A stretch of 64,000 nucleotides of DNA from Obrimoposthia wandeli (taxonomy: Eukaryota). The stretch spans positions 1 through 64,000 of the forward strand of contig CDROCS010005899.1 in NCBI GenBank assembly GCA_977020255.1, read 5' to 3'. The first letter of the stretch is position 1. Every line of letters begins with the position of its first letter. A program made the position numbers and the translations under genes. The notes beneath the pieces were generated by a model, which worked only from the letters and a program-made list of their open reading frames with translations, was not told the origin of the DNA and did no database searches. Below, piece by piece: positions 1 through 9,873 of this stretch.

Positions 1-17
1 CCAAATTTTAAACTTAA

Positions 18-368
<351 letters not shown>

Positions 369-451
369 TCTTTTTTTATAAAAAAGACGACAAACATCAT
401 TTTGAATCAGATTTTCTGATTCATTGTTAAGCCTAATGCGGAGGGCTTTCC

Positions 452-1720
452 ATGGAAAACCAAATTTTTGAGTTGCAGTATGCAATGGACACCTTTTATT
501 TCTTGGTGTGCGGTGCGTTAGTTATGTGGATGGCGGCAGGTTTCGCCATGTTAGAAGCGGGCCTTGTTCGTTCTAAAAATACCACTGAAATTCTTACCAA
601 GAACGTCGCCTTGTTTGCGATCTCTTGTACTATGTATCTTATCTGCGGTTATGCAATTATGTATGACGGCGGTCTTTTCCTTTCAGGTATTACCGAAGTA
701 GATTCAGCAGCAGTACTAGCTGAGTACGCGGCTCGTGAAGATGGCTTCAACGGTGGTTCAATCTACTCTGGCGCTTCTGATTTCTTCTTCCAAGTTGTAT
801 TCGTAGCAACGGCTATGTCGATTGTTTCTGGTGCGGTTGCTGAGCGTATGAAGCTTTGGGCTTTCCTTGCTTTCGCTGTTGTGATGACAGGTGTTATCTA
901 TCCTTTAGAAGGTTCTTGGACTTGGGGCGGCCAGTCTGTTTTCGGTCTGTACTCTTTAGGTGATGACTTCGGTTTCTCTGACTTTGCTGGTTCTGGTATT
1001 GTTCACTTGGCAGGTGCTACTGCTGCTCTTGCAGGTGTTATCTTATTAGGTGCTCGTAAAGGTAAGTACGGTAAGAACGGCGAAATCAACGCGATTCCTG
1101 GTGCTAACTTGCCTATGGCAACGTTGGGTACATTCATCCTTTGGATGGGTTGGTTCGGTTTCAACGGTGGTTCTGTTCTTAAGCTTGGCGATATTTCTAG
1201 CGCTCACTCTGTTGCTGTTGTATTCATGAATACTAACGCCGCCGCAGCGGGTGGTTTGATTGGTGCTTTATTGTTCGCTCGTATCTTGTTTAAGAAAGCG
1301 GATTTAACCATGGCTCTTAACGGTGCATTGGCTGGTCTAGTAGCGATTACGGCTGAGCCTTCTACTCCGACTCCTTTAGAAGCTACGATCATTGGTTTGA
1401 TCGGTGGTCTGATTGTTGTAGCCGCGATTCTTACTTTGGATAAGATGAAGCTTGATGATCCGGTTGGTGCTATCTCTGTACACGGTGTTGTTGGTTTGTT
1501 TGGTTTGTTGGTTGTTCCTTTCACTAACGACGGTGCAACTTTTCTTGGCCAAGCGGTCGGCGCATTAACAATCTTTGTTTGGGTATTTGGTGCTTCATTC
1601 GTAACTTGGTTAATCATTAAAGCTGTTATGGGTATCCGTGTTACTGAAGAAGAAGAATACGAAGGTGTGGATCTAGCGGAATGTGGTATGGAAGCATACC
1701 CAGAGTTTACTAATAAGTAA
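452..1720 (+). CDS. amtB: Ammonium transporter AmtB
   Basis: Multi-pass membrane protein with FAMLEAG, DFAGSGIVH, GWFGFNGGS and DDPVGAISVHG motifs. Confidence 0.96.
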   Translation: MENQIFELQYAMDTFYFLVCGALVMWMAAGFAMLEAGLVRSKNTTEILTKNVALFAISCTMYLICGYAIMYDGGLFLSGITEVDSAAVLAEYAAREDGFNGGSIYSGASDFFFQVVFVATAMSIVSGAVAERMKLWAFLAFAVVMTGVIYPLEGSWTWGGQSVFGLYSLGDDFGFSDFAGSGIVHLAGATAALAGVILLGARKGKYGKNGEINAIPGANLPMATLGTFILWMGWFGFNGGSVLKLGDISSAHSVAVVFMNTNAAAAGGLIGALLFARILFKKADLTMALNGALAGLVAITAEPSTPTPLEATIIGLIGGLIVVAAILTLDKMKLDDPVGAISVHGVVGLFGLLVVPFTNDGATFLGQAVGALTIFVWVFGASFVTWLIIKAVMGIRVTEEEEYEGVDLAECGMEAYPEFTNK

Positions 1721-1747
1721 GTTCGATGAGCTAGTCTCTCGCATGAT

Positions 1748-1782
1748 AAAAAACCGCGATCAGTAATGATTGCGGTTTTTTT
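1748..1782. terminator. Intrinsic terminator after amtB
   Basis: AAAAAACCGCGATCA-GTAA-TGATTGCGGTTTTTT hairpin with T tract. Confidence 0.85.
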
Positions 1783-1853
1783 ATGTCTGTAACAAATGTT
1801 ATTCTTAGCGAAATATTGAACTCTACAATACATTTCATGGATGAATCTTTCAC

Positions 1854-2303
1854 ATGCGAGCAAAAGCATTTTTATTTCTACTCATTTTCATTGGTCTTTT
1901 ACCTGTTACTCATGCAGAAATTTATCGCTGGGTTGATGAAAATGGCAAAACGCAATTTTCTGATCGGCCGTCAGCGAGAGACAGTAAGACAGAAAAAGTG
2001 AAGGTTGATACTCAGCGTAATTCGTATGGTGGTGGTAGCGTCTTGGAGCGACAGAAGGGCTTAATGGATAAGTATCAAGCTGATGATGCGCAACAATTAC
2101 GAAATAAACAGCAGGCCGAGAGGCAAGCTGCTAAAGATAAGCGCTTACAGACCCGTTGTATTAGTGCTAAAGACCGTTTGAAAAATTTTCAAAGAGGCGC
2201 TCTATATCGCTTGGACGAAAAGGGTGAGCGCATTTACTTTTCTGAGGAAGAACGTACAAAAGCCATCGATAAATATCAGCAATTAATACAAGAAAACTGC
2301 TAG
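1854..2303 (+). CDS. DUF4124 domain exported protein
   Basis: Signal peptide ending HA, then EIYRWVDENGKTQFSDRP, typical of DUF4124. Confidence 0.85.
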   Translation: MRAKAFLFLLIFIGLLPVTHAEIYRWVDENGKTQFSDRPSARDSKTEKVKVDTQRNSYGGGSVLERQKGLMDKYQADDAQQLRNKQQAERQAAKDKRLQTRCISAKDRLKNFQRGALYRLDEKGERIYFSEEERTKAIDKYQQLIQENC

Positions 2304-2432
2304 TAGGCAGGTCATTGAATTGTAAAAGATATCCATTTTAGCTGGCGAAATCTCCAAACTGAACTATAAATATTGACAACCTTATGTCAGGTGACAGTGG
2401 ACATTGATCAATAATTATAGGGAGCTGACATT

Positions 2433-2696
2433 ATGTCTGAGCAAAAAACAAAAAAAACTGAAACAGCCGCTGCTAAAGCAGAGAAGCCTAAAGTACATGC
2501 TGAAGGCTACCATAGCCATAATGATGACATGCCGAATAGCGCGACGATTGCAGAGCGTGAACGCCAGCGTAGTGAGGTTGCTTCTGAAGTTGAGGCGTTC
2601 TTAGCTCAGGGTGGTGGTATTACCTCGGTTGAGGCTAATCTTCGTGCCGACCCGCCTAAAAAGCCGGAGTCTAATTATGGCAGTCGCCCTATCTAA
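2433..2696 (+). CDS. sutA: RNA polymerase-binding transcription factor SutA
   Basis: C-terminus EAFLAQGGGITSVEANLRADPPKKPESNYGSRPI matches Pseudomonas SutA (EEFLSRGG...DPPKKPDSKYGSRPI); same amtB-neighbouring position. Confidence 0.88.
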   Translation: MSEQKTKKTETAAAKAEKPKVHAEGYHSHNDDMPNSATIAERERQRSEVASEVEAFLAQGGGITSVEANLRADPPKKPESNYGSRPI

Positions 2697-2760
2697 TTTA
2701 GATGTCTAGAAATCTAATACTTATTGGTTATGTGTTGGTATTAGGTGCAGCTTAGACAGA

Positions 2761-2788
2761 GTAAGACATTGAATATGCAATGTCTTAC
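2761..2788. terminator. Hairpin downstream of sutA (probable terminator)
   Basis: Perfect 11-bp stem GTAAGACATTG/CAATGTCTTAC with 6-nt loop; weak T tract. Confidence 0.55.
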
Positions 2789-2908
2789 CTTATGTATCCC
2801 GCTGTTATTTATCATTAAATCACGCTAACTGGGTCACAAAAATGATTTAGTTATTCCTCCATCTTTCGATAATTGCATATACTCATTTAACGACTTGTTA
2901 CTACCGAC

Positions 2909-2929
2909 TCGCAGGATGCGAAAGGATGA
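2909..2929 (+). promoter_or_regulatory. Putative CsrA/RsmA-binding leader (two GGA sites)
   Basis: TCGCA-GGA-TGCGA stem-loop with GGA in the loop, then AAGGATGA overlapping the SD of the ORF at 2934. Confidence 0.55.
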
Positions 2930-2933
2930 TTAT

Positions 2934-3050
2934 ATGGCTAAGATAGCTTCCCCCGTTAAAATTCGCCGACGTTTACATGCAATGCCTGTCGCTGTGGGTT
3001 TAATTATTTTATTAACCATGGTGATGTTTTCGAAAAACGGATTTATGTAA
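2934..3050 (+). CDS. Unannotated 38-aa single-TM small protein (MAKIASPVKIRRRLHAMPVAVGLIILLTMVMFSKNGFM)
   Basis: Hand-translated; AAGGA SD before the ATG, TATACT -10-like hexamer ~50 nt upstream, basic N-terminus followed by a hydrophobic helix. Confidence 0.6.
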   Translation: MAKIASPVKIRRRLHAMPVAVGLIILLTMVMFSKNGFM

Positions 3051-3060
3051 CGGCAGTATT

Positions 3061-3141
3061 AACGACATACGGTTTAACTTTAATCATAGGGTTAACTTTA
3101 ATCATAGGGTTAACTTTAATTATAGGGTTAACTATGTCGTT
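3061..3141. repeat. 18-bp tandem repeat (3.5 copies, GGGTTAACTTTAATCATA) bracketed by a 9-bp inverted repeat
   Basis: Copies at 3071, 3089, 3107, partial at 3125; AACGACATA (3061-3069) and TATGTCGTT (3133-3141). Confidence 0.9.
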
Positions 3142-3842
3142 TAACGATAATGTCTGAGGGTACGAATCAACTGATCTAAGTGCGTAATTTCGTGATCGGC
3201 TTTATTCATCGTATTGGGCCATTCTTGCTGAAGCATATTGGCCCACATCGTTTTAAAACCTAGTTTTTGCGCAGCTTCGACATCCTGTTCTGGGTGATCG
3301 CCAATATGAAAACTTTCATTCGCGTCTACACCCGCATATTCAAGTGCCGCTAAAAACATATCTGAAAAAGGTTTGGGTCGAGGAACATTTTCCGCATGGT
3401 AATGAGCTTGGAATAGATGATCCAAACCTATGCTGGTTAAATCTGAATTGCCATTGCTCAGTGCAATTACTTGATAGTCTTGCTGTAATTGTTCTAATAC
3501 TGTCAACGCCCCTGGAAATAACTCGACTTGATTTCTAGCGGCTAAAAAATCGGCAAAAACTTGCTGTGCGAACAGATGAGCTTGGGTTTTATTGATCCCA
3601 CACTGAATAAAAAGCTGGAACAAAAACTCAATTCTAAACAAGCTTAATTTATGACGTAATTCAGGATGTTGTTGAGCGACGTCACGCTTTAATCGTTGCA
3701 AGTTGGCGGGGGTGAATTGCGTGCTGGCTTCAGGGCAGCGAGCAATAATCGACTGCCATTGAATCTGTTCAGCGCGGATAATGACTGGGTCAGTATGCCA
3801 AAGCGTATTATCCAGATCGAAGGTGATCAGTTTAATGGTCAT
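3141..3842 (-). CDS. HAD-family hydrolase (YigB-like)
   Basis: Motif I DLDNTLW, motif II LSNGN, KP, motif IV GDH; usual position downstream of dapF-yigA. Confidence 0.88.
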   Translation of the reverse strand: MTIKLITFDLDNTLWHTDPVIIRAEQIQWQSIIARCPEASTQFTPANLQRLKRDVAQQHPELRHKLSLFRIEFLFQLFIQCGINKTQAHLFAQQVFADFLAARNQVELFPGALTVLEQLQQDYQVIALSNGNSDLTSIGLDHLFQAHYHAENVPRPKPFSDMFLAALEYAGVDANESFHIGDHPEQDVEAAQKLGFKTMWANMLQQEWPNTMNKADHEITHLDQLIRTLRHYR

Positions 3843-3854
3843 AACAGTAGGGAA

Positions 3855-4526
3855 TTAATTTTGCGGTAAGCTAGGCAGAATTAAACCTAATACATCAGAA
3901 ATATAATCTAAGAACAAGGTATCCATCGAGCTGCGATAAAACTTAGGATCATCACTGGCGACACATAGCACACCGGTTTGCTGGCCATTACGAATTTGCG
4001 CGGCGGCAATCGATTCAGCGCTACTGTGGTGTTCATCCAATAACAGATCCATCGTCTCGTCTGTTAGTTGTCCACAGAAGGCGCGATGGCCTTTAAACAA
4101 TCGATGAATCTCACGCTGCTTATCTTTATTGCTGATACTGCGCAGTGGATGTTCGAGTTTCTCTTCGGTGAAATATAATAAACTCCAATGATCAACACTG
4201 AAGTCTTGGCGTAAGCTATCGTCTAAAGCCACTTCGACATCAATCCAGTTCTTGGCATCGATGAGTGCTAATACTAGGCGTTTAGTTTTACCGAATAACT
4301 TATCATTACGACGGGCATTTTCCAGCAAATCGGTTAGGCGCTGGCGTAGCTCAACATTACGCTCACGATAAACGGCGAGCTGACGCTCGATCAAACTCGT
4401 CGCTTGTCCTGAATTGTGCGGAATGCGCAGTTCCGCTAATACATCATCTTTAGCGATGAAAAAATCAGGGTTATCTCGCAAATACTGCACAACGTCGGCA
4501 TCAGTGAGTCGTAATGAGTCGCTCAT
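3855..4526 (-). CDS. DUF484 family protein (YigA-like)
   Basis: YLRDNPDFF, LRIPH, SLIERQ motifs; follows dapF. Confidence 0.88.
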   Translation of the reverse strand: MSDSLRLTDADVVQYLRDNPDFFIAKDDVLAELRIPHNSGQATSLIERQLAVYRERNVELRQRLTDLLENARRNDKLFGKTKRLVLALIDAKNWIDVEVALDDSLRQDFSVDHWSLLYFTEEKLEHPLRSISNKDKQREIHRLFKGHRAFCGQLTDETMDLLLDEHHSSAESIAAAQIRNGQQTGVLCVASDDPKFYRSSMDTLFLDYISDVLGLILPSLPQN

Positions 4527-4569
4527 CGTTTATTCCTTTAAATTCGCTTCGTCTGTTTATTGCACGGCA

Positions 4570-5412
4570 TTAGATATTAACTCGGCCTTCAAACACATTG
4601 CTGGTTGGCCCTGTCATAATGACATCACCTTGGCCGTCCCATTCGATGGTTAAAGAACCTCCGGGTAGATCGACTTGAACAGTATGGTCTAATAAGCCAC
4701 GCAAAATCCCTGAGACAACAGCAGCGCAAGCGCCAGTGCCACACGCTTTTGTTTCGCCAGCACCGCGTTCAAAAACACGAAGTTTAATATGGTTACGGTT
4801 AATCACTTGCATGAAGCCAGCGTTCACTTTTTGAGGAAAGCTAGTATGAGCTTCAATCATTGGGCCAAGGGTTTCAACGGGTGCAGTATCAATATCATCA
4901 ACCACGATCACAGCATGAGGGTTGCCCATTGAAACAGCACCTAGCTCAATGCGGCCATGGCCTGCTACTTCAATTTTATAGCTAACGGCTTGTGACTTAT
5001 CATTACCTTCAGGAACGAACGGCACATCGGCTGGGGCTAAAATAGGTGGCCCCATATTCACGATAACGTCGTTCTCAGGGGTTAGCTCTAACGTCATATT
5101 ACCACTCGCTGTTTCAACACGAATGTTGCGGCGGCCAATCAACTTTTGCTCGTAAACAAAACGTGCAAAACAGCGCGCGCCGTTACCGCAGTTTTCAACT
5201 TCACTGCCATCGGAATTGAAGATGCGGTATTTAAAATCGACGTCGTGCTGCGTCGGCACTTCAACTAATAAAAGTTGATCAAAGCCGACGCCAAAGTTGC
5301 GATCAGCTAAGTGACGAATTTGCATGGGGGTGAGGTATGCATGCTGAGTAACGAGGTCAACGACCATAAAGTCGTTACCGAGCCCATGCATTTTATTAAA
5401 TTTAATCCACAT
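4570..5412 (-). CDS. dapF: Diaminopimelate epimerase
   Basis: KMHGLGNDF, NSDGSEVENCGNGARC, ERGAGETKACGTGAC. Confidence 0.97.
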   Translation of the reverse strand: MWIKFNKMHGLGNDFMVVDLVTQHAYLTPMQIRHLADRNFGVGFDQLLLVEVPTQHDVDFKYRIFNSDGSEVENCGNGARCFARFVYEQKLIGRRNIRVETASGNMTLELTPENDVIVNMGPPILAPADVPFVPEGNDKSQAVSYKIEVAGHGRIELGAVSMGNPHAVIVVDDIDTAPVETLGPMIEAHTSFPQKVNAGFMQVINRNHIKLRVFERGAGETKACGTGACAAVVSGILRGLLDHTVQVDLPGGSLTIEWDGQGDVIMTGPTSNVFEGRVNI

Positions 5413-5464
5413 TCTATTTAACCTTTTAATACGCCAGTTAGCACACTAGTGAGCACTCAGCGTC

Positions 5465-6727
5465 TTATTCAGACGGTAGTAGCTGCTCACCTGCGTATAA
5501 ATCAGTAATAGTTTCGCGGGCGCGAACAATATAGCTGTTATCACCATCAACCATTATTTCACATGGACGCGGACGGCTGTTGTAGTTAGACGCCATAACA
5601 AAACCGTAAGCACCAGAAGACTTAACCGCTAACAGATCGCCGGGCTGTAAATTCAACTGACGATCTTTACCTAAGAAATCACCAGTTTCACATACAGGGC
5701 CAACCAAGTCCCAAGCTTTGGTATCGGCTGGGTTACGATCAGTAGGCTGCACCACAGGAATAATGGCTTGCCATGCGCTGTATAAAGCAGGGCGAATCAA
5801 ATCGTTCATAGCACCATCAATAATGGCGAAATTCTTTTCTTCGTTCGACTTCAAAAACTCAACCTGAGTTAAGAAGATACCTGCGTTCGCAGCAATAGAA
5901 CGGCCAGGTTCGAAGATCAATTTAAGCTGACGATCACCTAAGCGCTCAGTCAGCTCGGCGATGTACTCGCCCGGAGTTGGTGGCACTTCGTCATCATAAG
6001 TTACACCTAAACCACCACCTAGATCGAGGTGGTGAATCGCAATGCCTTGCTCGGCAAGAATATCAACCAAGGCTAAAACACGATCCAAAGCATCCATGAA
6101 AGGGGCTGTTTCGATGAGCTGGCTACCAATGTGGCAATCGATACCTTGCACGTTCAAATTAGACATGGCATTGGCTTTGGCATAAATGCGCGGCGCATCA
6201 TCAATATCAACGCCGAACTTGTTCTCTTTCAAACCCGTAGAAATATACGGATGAGTCTGCGCATCGACGTCTGGATTCACGCGAATTGAGATAGGCGCTT
6301 GCATGTTCATTTCAATGGCGACGTCGTTAACACGGTCTAGCTCGGCTTCTGATTCAATGTTGAAGCAATAAACACCGACTTCCAATGCGCGACGAATCTC
6401 ATGAGATTGCTTACCCACACCCGAGAAAACAACACGCTTTGGATCGCCACCAGCGGCGATAACGCGTTCTAATTCGCCAATCGATACGATATCAAAACCT
6501 GCACCTAATTTTGCCAATACATTGAGTACGGCTAAGTTAGAATTCGCTTTCATTGCATAACATACAAGATGATCGCGGCCTTGTAGGGCATTTTCATAGG
6601 CTAGGTAATGTTGCTCAAACGCTTTGCGCGAGTAGACATAACATGGAGTGCCATATTGGGCTGCGATATCAACAGCCGAAACTGATTCAGCGTGCAAAAC
6701 GCCATTATTATAATCGAATATGTTCAT
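5465..6727 (-). CDS. lysA: Diaminopimelate decarboxylase
   Basis: YAMKAN PLP lysine, HIGSQ, DLGGG, EPGRSI, GPVCETGD, GAYG. Confidence 0.97.
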   Translation of the reverse strand: MNIFDYNNGVLHAESVSAVDIAAQYGTPCYVYSRKAFEQHYLAYENALQGRDHLVCYAMKANSNLAVLNVLAKLGAGFDIVSIGELERVIAAGGDPKRVVFSGVGKQSHEIRRALEVGVYCFNIESEAELDRVNDVAIEMNMQAPISIRVNPDVDAQTHPYISTGLKENKFGVDIDDAPRIYAKANAMSNLNVQGIDCHIGSQLIETAPFMDALDRVLALVDILAEQGIAIHHLDLGGGLGVTYDDEVPPTPGEYIAELTERLGDRQLKLIFEPGRSIAANAGIFLTQVEFLKSNEEKNFAIIDGAMNDLIRPALYSAWQAIIPVVQPTDRNPADTKAWDLVGPVCETGDFLGKDRQLNLQPGDLLAVKSSGAYGFVMASNYNSRPRPCEIMVDGDNSYIVRARETITDLYAGEQLLPSE

Positions 6728-6775
6728 CGTATTTCTAATCTAAAAGGTTGCAGGTTTGCTGAGGCGCACATGTTT

Positions 6776-6901
6776 TTATTTATTAGTTATCGAGCCAGAA
6801 ACAGGTTGGGCATCGTCTTTAGGAATATAAAGAGGGCCTTTTTGTCCACAGCCAGAAAGTAGTAATAATCCTGTTAAAACAGGTAATAAGAAAAAGCGCA
6901 T
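6776..6901 (-). CDS. lptM: Small lipoprotein LptM/LppL (41 aa, below ORF-track cutoff)
   Basis: Hand-translated MRFFLLPVLTGLLLLSGCGQKGPLYIPKDD...; LSGC lipobox plus CGQKGPLY signature; upstream of lysA. Confidence 0.9.
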   Translation of the reverse strand: MRFFLLPVLTGLLLLSGCGQKGPLYIPKDDAQPVSGSITNK

Positions 6902-6937
6902 GATCAGTCTCCCGAATTTGCCGTCATTATACGGCAG

Positions 6938-9748
6938 TTAGCGGGTAGTCGATAGGGCCATTAAGGCGTGGTTTAAATCCTTTTCTATCCCCTGTTTAAA
7001 TTTGATGTGCTGAATGATACTTTCGTCGCCGTAGAGGGCAATGTCGGTTAGGTAAACGGGGTAGGTTTCTTGGTCTTCACGCATATTTAAAATGGTCTCG
7101 GCGACCTTTTTATACAGCTGCGTTCCCCATTCCCAAATGCTGAACTCTTCTCCATTACAATAGATATTAACCTGATTTTGATCATCTAAAATTGCATTCA
7201 ATTGAATCTGGCTAGTTTGTTCTTGCAAGGGAGGTAGGCGTCTAGGCATAGGCTCAAATTCAGTGGTCACGTTATTACGCTTAAGCTCGAATAATAATAA
7301 CGTTCTTGCGCGCTTACGCACTAATCGCCCCTGCATGCGCTGATCAACTTGGCGTAGAAAGCGGATAATCGGAATCAGAACTTCGCTATCAGATTTTGCT
7401 TTTTGCTGCTGATGCAGCAGCACTCCACGTTCATCTAATAAATACCAATAATAGCTGTCTTCTTTGCGCCAGAAATACAACTGCCAAGCACCGGGTTTCG
7501 GATTGTTAAAAATAGCTTTAAGAGGGCTGCCGCTAAGGGCATTGATGTCTAATTTATAATGACCATAGTGTTGGCGTGGACGCGCGAGTATGGCCAAAAA
7601 TTTACCGACAGAATCCGCTTGTTGCAGTTTGATGCCATTTCTATCTTGTTGCCAGACGTAATAATTCTGACCTGCTTCTAAAATATAATCTACTTTGGGT
7701 TGCTCTAAAGTATGCTGGGTTATATCAGATAAAATTTGCTCTACTCGTAAGCTGATGGCACCCGATCGGCTAGCGCAAAAACAATGACATAGGTATTCGG
7801 GCCAACCCTGTTTGCGGGCTAAAGGGATATGCTGTAACAAATAATGCAGGCTATCAATCAGCGAGTTTTGCCCGTAAAAGCGCTGGATTCTCCATTCTCC
7901 CCAGCTATTAATGGTCAGTAGATCGATGCTTTGCACAAGATTTTCTTTAAGCGCGCTATAGCCTAACGCATCGTCCCGACTGCTGAGTTTTTGCATGCCT
8001 CGACGCGTAAAATGGTGCATTGGGTCAATGCCCGCATTAATAAACAACTGCCATTGTATGGGGCTACTGGGGCGCAAAAAATTAGCGGCGGCAATGTGTT
8101 GGGGTGGAGCAATATTGCGCACTACTTGTAATAGTTCATTTAGCTCATACTTGGTCAGCGGGTTATGTTCTGGGTAAATAGCGTAATTAGTATGATTACT
8201 GAGAAGACCATTGAAGTGCGCGTAACAAAGCAATTCAATCAAGCTAGGAGATTGCTTAACGATGTGGTGGTTGGCTTCTTTATTGTAGGTGCCAGAGACC
8301 AGTTGCCAGCGATTTTCGTCTGATAGCACTAAGGAAATTTTATCCTGTACTAAGTTCGGTGTAATGTTGGGATTGATGGTGAGAATTTTACCCGGTTTGG
8401 CATCGTAAATAGCGTAAAGCTGATTACCTAATAAGGTAAGATCTTGGCGATTAATACGGATCTTCTTTGCGTATTGATCGCTAAAAGACGCGAGATAGCG
8501 ATAGCTGGTTAGCATCTCATTCACTAGGGCATTACGCTCAGCTTGAACCTCATATACCTGCCATTCGTTGCGATGATCTAGATGAGAAATTTGCTCATGA
8601 GTCCATTGCCAAGAATCGACGATTTGCTGTAATTCTTGATAGCGCCATTGGCGCTGCTGTCCTTGGCTTGCTTTGGTCAGTGGTAAGTGTGCCTTAAAAT
8701 AAAATGCCCTACGCAACAGTTCTAGGCGTTTATCATCATGCTCTGCCGCGACATGCTCACTCACTCTATTCAACATAAGCAAGTAACCATCACAAGAGAG
8801 GGCTTCGGTATTACCGCTGTGAACGGTATCTTTTAGATCCCAGCATAAAGGCCGAATCTTAGGATATTGGCTGGCGTAATGTTGCGTTAACAGTAACTTA
8901 AGCAAGGATTTATAAGGGTTCTTTAAGCCTTTGTTCAACTGCCATAAACCCGCACCAACAAATTCAGCTGCGGGAATGGTGGCGATACTGCCAAAGTGAA
9001 TCCAATGAACGTCGTGAATGAGCTGCTGATCAGATAACTGATCTAAATAGCTTTTGCTGTGTTTTTCATATTCAGTCGGAATTAACCACCAACTAGGCAT
9101 ACGGCCTGCTAACCATAATGATGAACGATAGAATTCATCCAATAAAAGTAGGTGCTGAGTCGAGCCAGAATGCTCGGCATCAACATTAGCTTGTTGCTTA
9201 CCTTGGCGAAATTCTTCGGCGTTCATTAAAAAAAAGTGTAATTCGACTTTTTGACTTGCTGCCCACTTTTCAATTAACTCACACTTGGCTTTTAGCATGG
9301 CGAGTTGTTCATCGCTCATGTCTTGGATATGGCAAAGCCAAACATCAAGATCGCTGTCGGCTGTTTGTGCCAGTGTGCCTAAACTGCCCATTAAAAAAAT
9401 GGCTTGAATGGCACGTATACCACTGATTCTAGGTATTTGTAGGCCTTTGGCGACATAGCGTAAAGCATTTAATGAGTCTACCTGTGGGCTATAGTGTTCA
9501 ATCCCTGCGGGCACTCTTTGGTTGATGAAACCAGGCAGTTGAGGGTGGTTTAAATGCAATAAAATGGGCAATACATCAAGCACACGAGTTTGTCGCTCTA
9601 GCATTAAGCTGCGCGCTTGTTCGAGGCGAGTACTGTTAAGACTCAGAAATGACTGACGCCACTGATTAATTTTCTGCGACGGCGGTAGCTGAATGTGTAA
9701 TTTGTTAGCCCGCGACGTTGTCGAGGCCACTGTGGGAGAATTTGACAT
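6938..9748 (-). CDS. cyaA: Class I adenylate cyclase
   Basis: 936 aa; MGSLGTLAQTADSDLDVW nucleotidyltransferase motif, LLLDEFYRS, PYKSLLK. Confidence 0.92.
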   Translation of the reverse strand: MSNSPTVASTTSRANKLHIQLPPSQKINQWRQSFLSLNSTRLEQARSLMLERQTRVLDVLPILLHLNHPQLPGFINQRVPAGIEHYSPQVDSLNALRYVAKGLQIPRISGIRAIQAIFLMGSLGTLAQTADSDLDVWLCHIQDMSDEQLAMLKAKCELIEKWAASQKVELHFFLMNAEEFRQGKQQANVDAEHSGSTQHLLLLDEFYRSSLWLAGRMPSWWLIPTEYEKHSKSYLDQLSDQQLIHDVHWIHFGSIATIPAAEFVGAGLWQLNKGLKNPYKSLLKLLLTQHYASQYPKIRPLCWDLKDTVHSGNTEALSCDGYLLMLNRVSEHVAAEHDDKRLELLRRAFYFKAHLPLTKASQGQQRQWRYQELQQIVDSWQWTHEQISHLDHRNEWQVYEVQAERNALVNEMLTSYRYLASFSDQYAKKIRINRQDLTLLGNQLYAIYDAKPGKILTINPNITPNLVQDKISLVLSDENRWQLVSGTYNKEANHHIVKQSPSLIELLCYAHFNGLLSNHTNYAIYPEHNPLTKYELNELLQVVRNIAPPQHIAAANFLRPSSPIQWQLFINAGIDPMHHFTRRGMQKLSSRDDALGYSALKENLVQSIDLLTINSWGEWRIQRFYGQNSLIDSLHYLLQHIPLARKQGWPEYLCHCFCASRSGAISLRVEQILSDITQHTLEQPKVDYILEAGQNYYVWQQDRNGIKLQQADSVGKFLAILARPRQHYGHYKLDINALSGSPLKAIFNNPKPGAWQLYFWRKEDSYYWYLLDERGVLLHQQQKAKSDSEVLIPIIRFLRQVDQRMQGRLVRKRARTLLLFELKRNNVTTEFEPMPRRLPPLQEQTSQIQLNAILDDQNQVNIYCNGEEFSIWEWGTQLYKKVAETILNMREDQETYPVYLTDIALYGDESIIQHIKFKQGIEKDLNHALMALSTTR

Positions 9749-9786
9749 GGTTTGAGTATAGACAAAAAAATCATACTCATGAGACG

Positions 9787-9823
9787 AAAAGCGCCTCCTT
9801 TAAGTCTCAAGGAGTACGCTTTT
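9787..9823 (-). terminator. Probable terminator after argH
   Basis: AAAAGCG-CCTCCTT...AAGGAG-TA-CGCTTTT imperfect hairpin between argH and cyaA. Confidence 0.6.
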
Positions 9824-9873
9824 GAATGGCAGGCTTTGGTACTGATACTCGCGCTAGGGATTAGCGCTTAGTA

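Noticed and set aside
2374-2389. TGACA-N6-TGTCA palindrome upstream of sutA
   Set aside because: Only 5-bp arms, overlapping a TTGACA -35-like hexamer; no regulator can be assigned
3071-3133. CRISPR array
   Set aside because: Units are contiguous 18-mers with no spacers and no cas genes nearby
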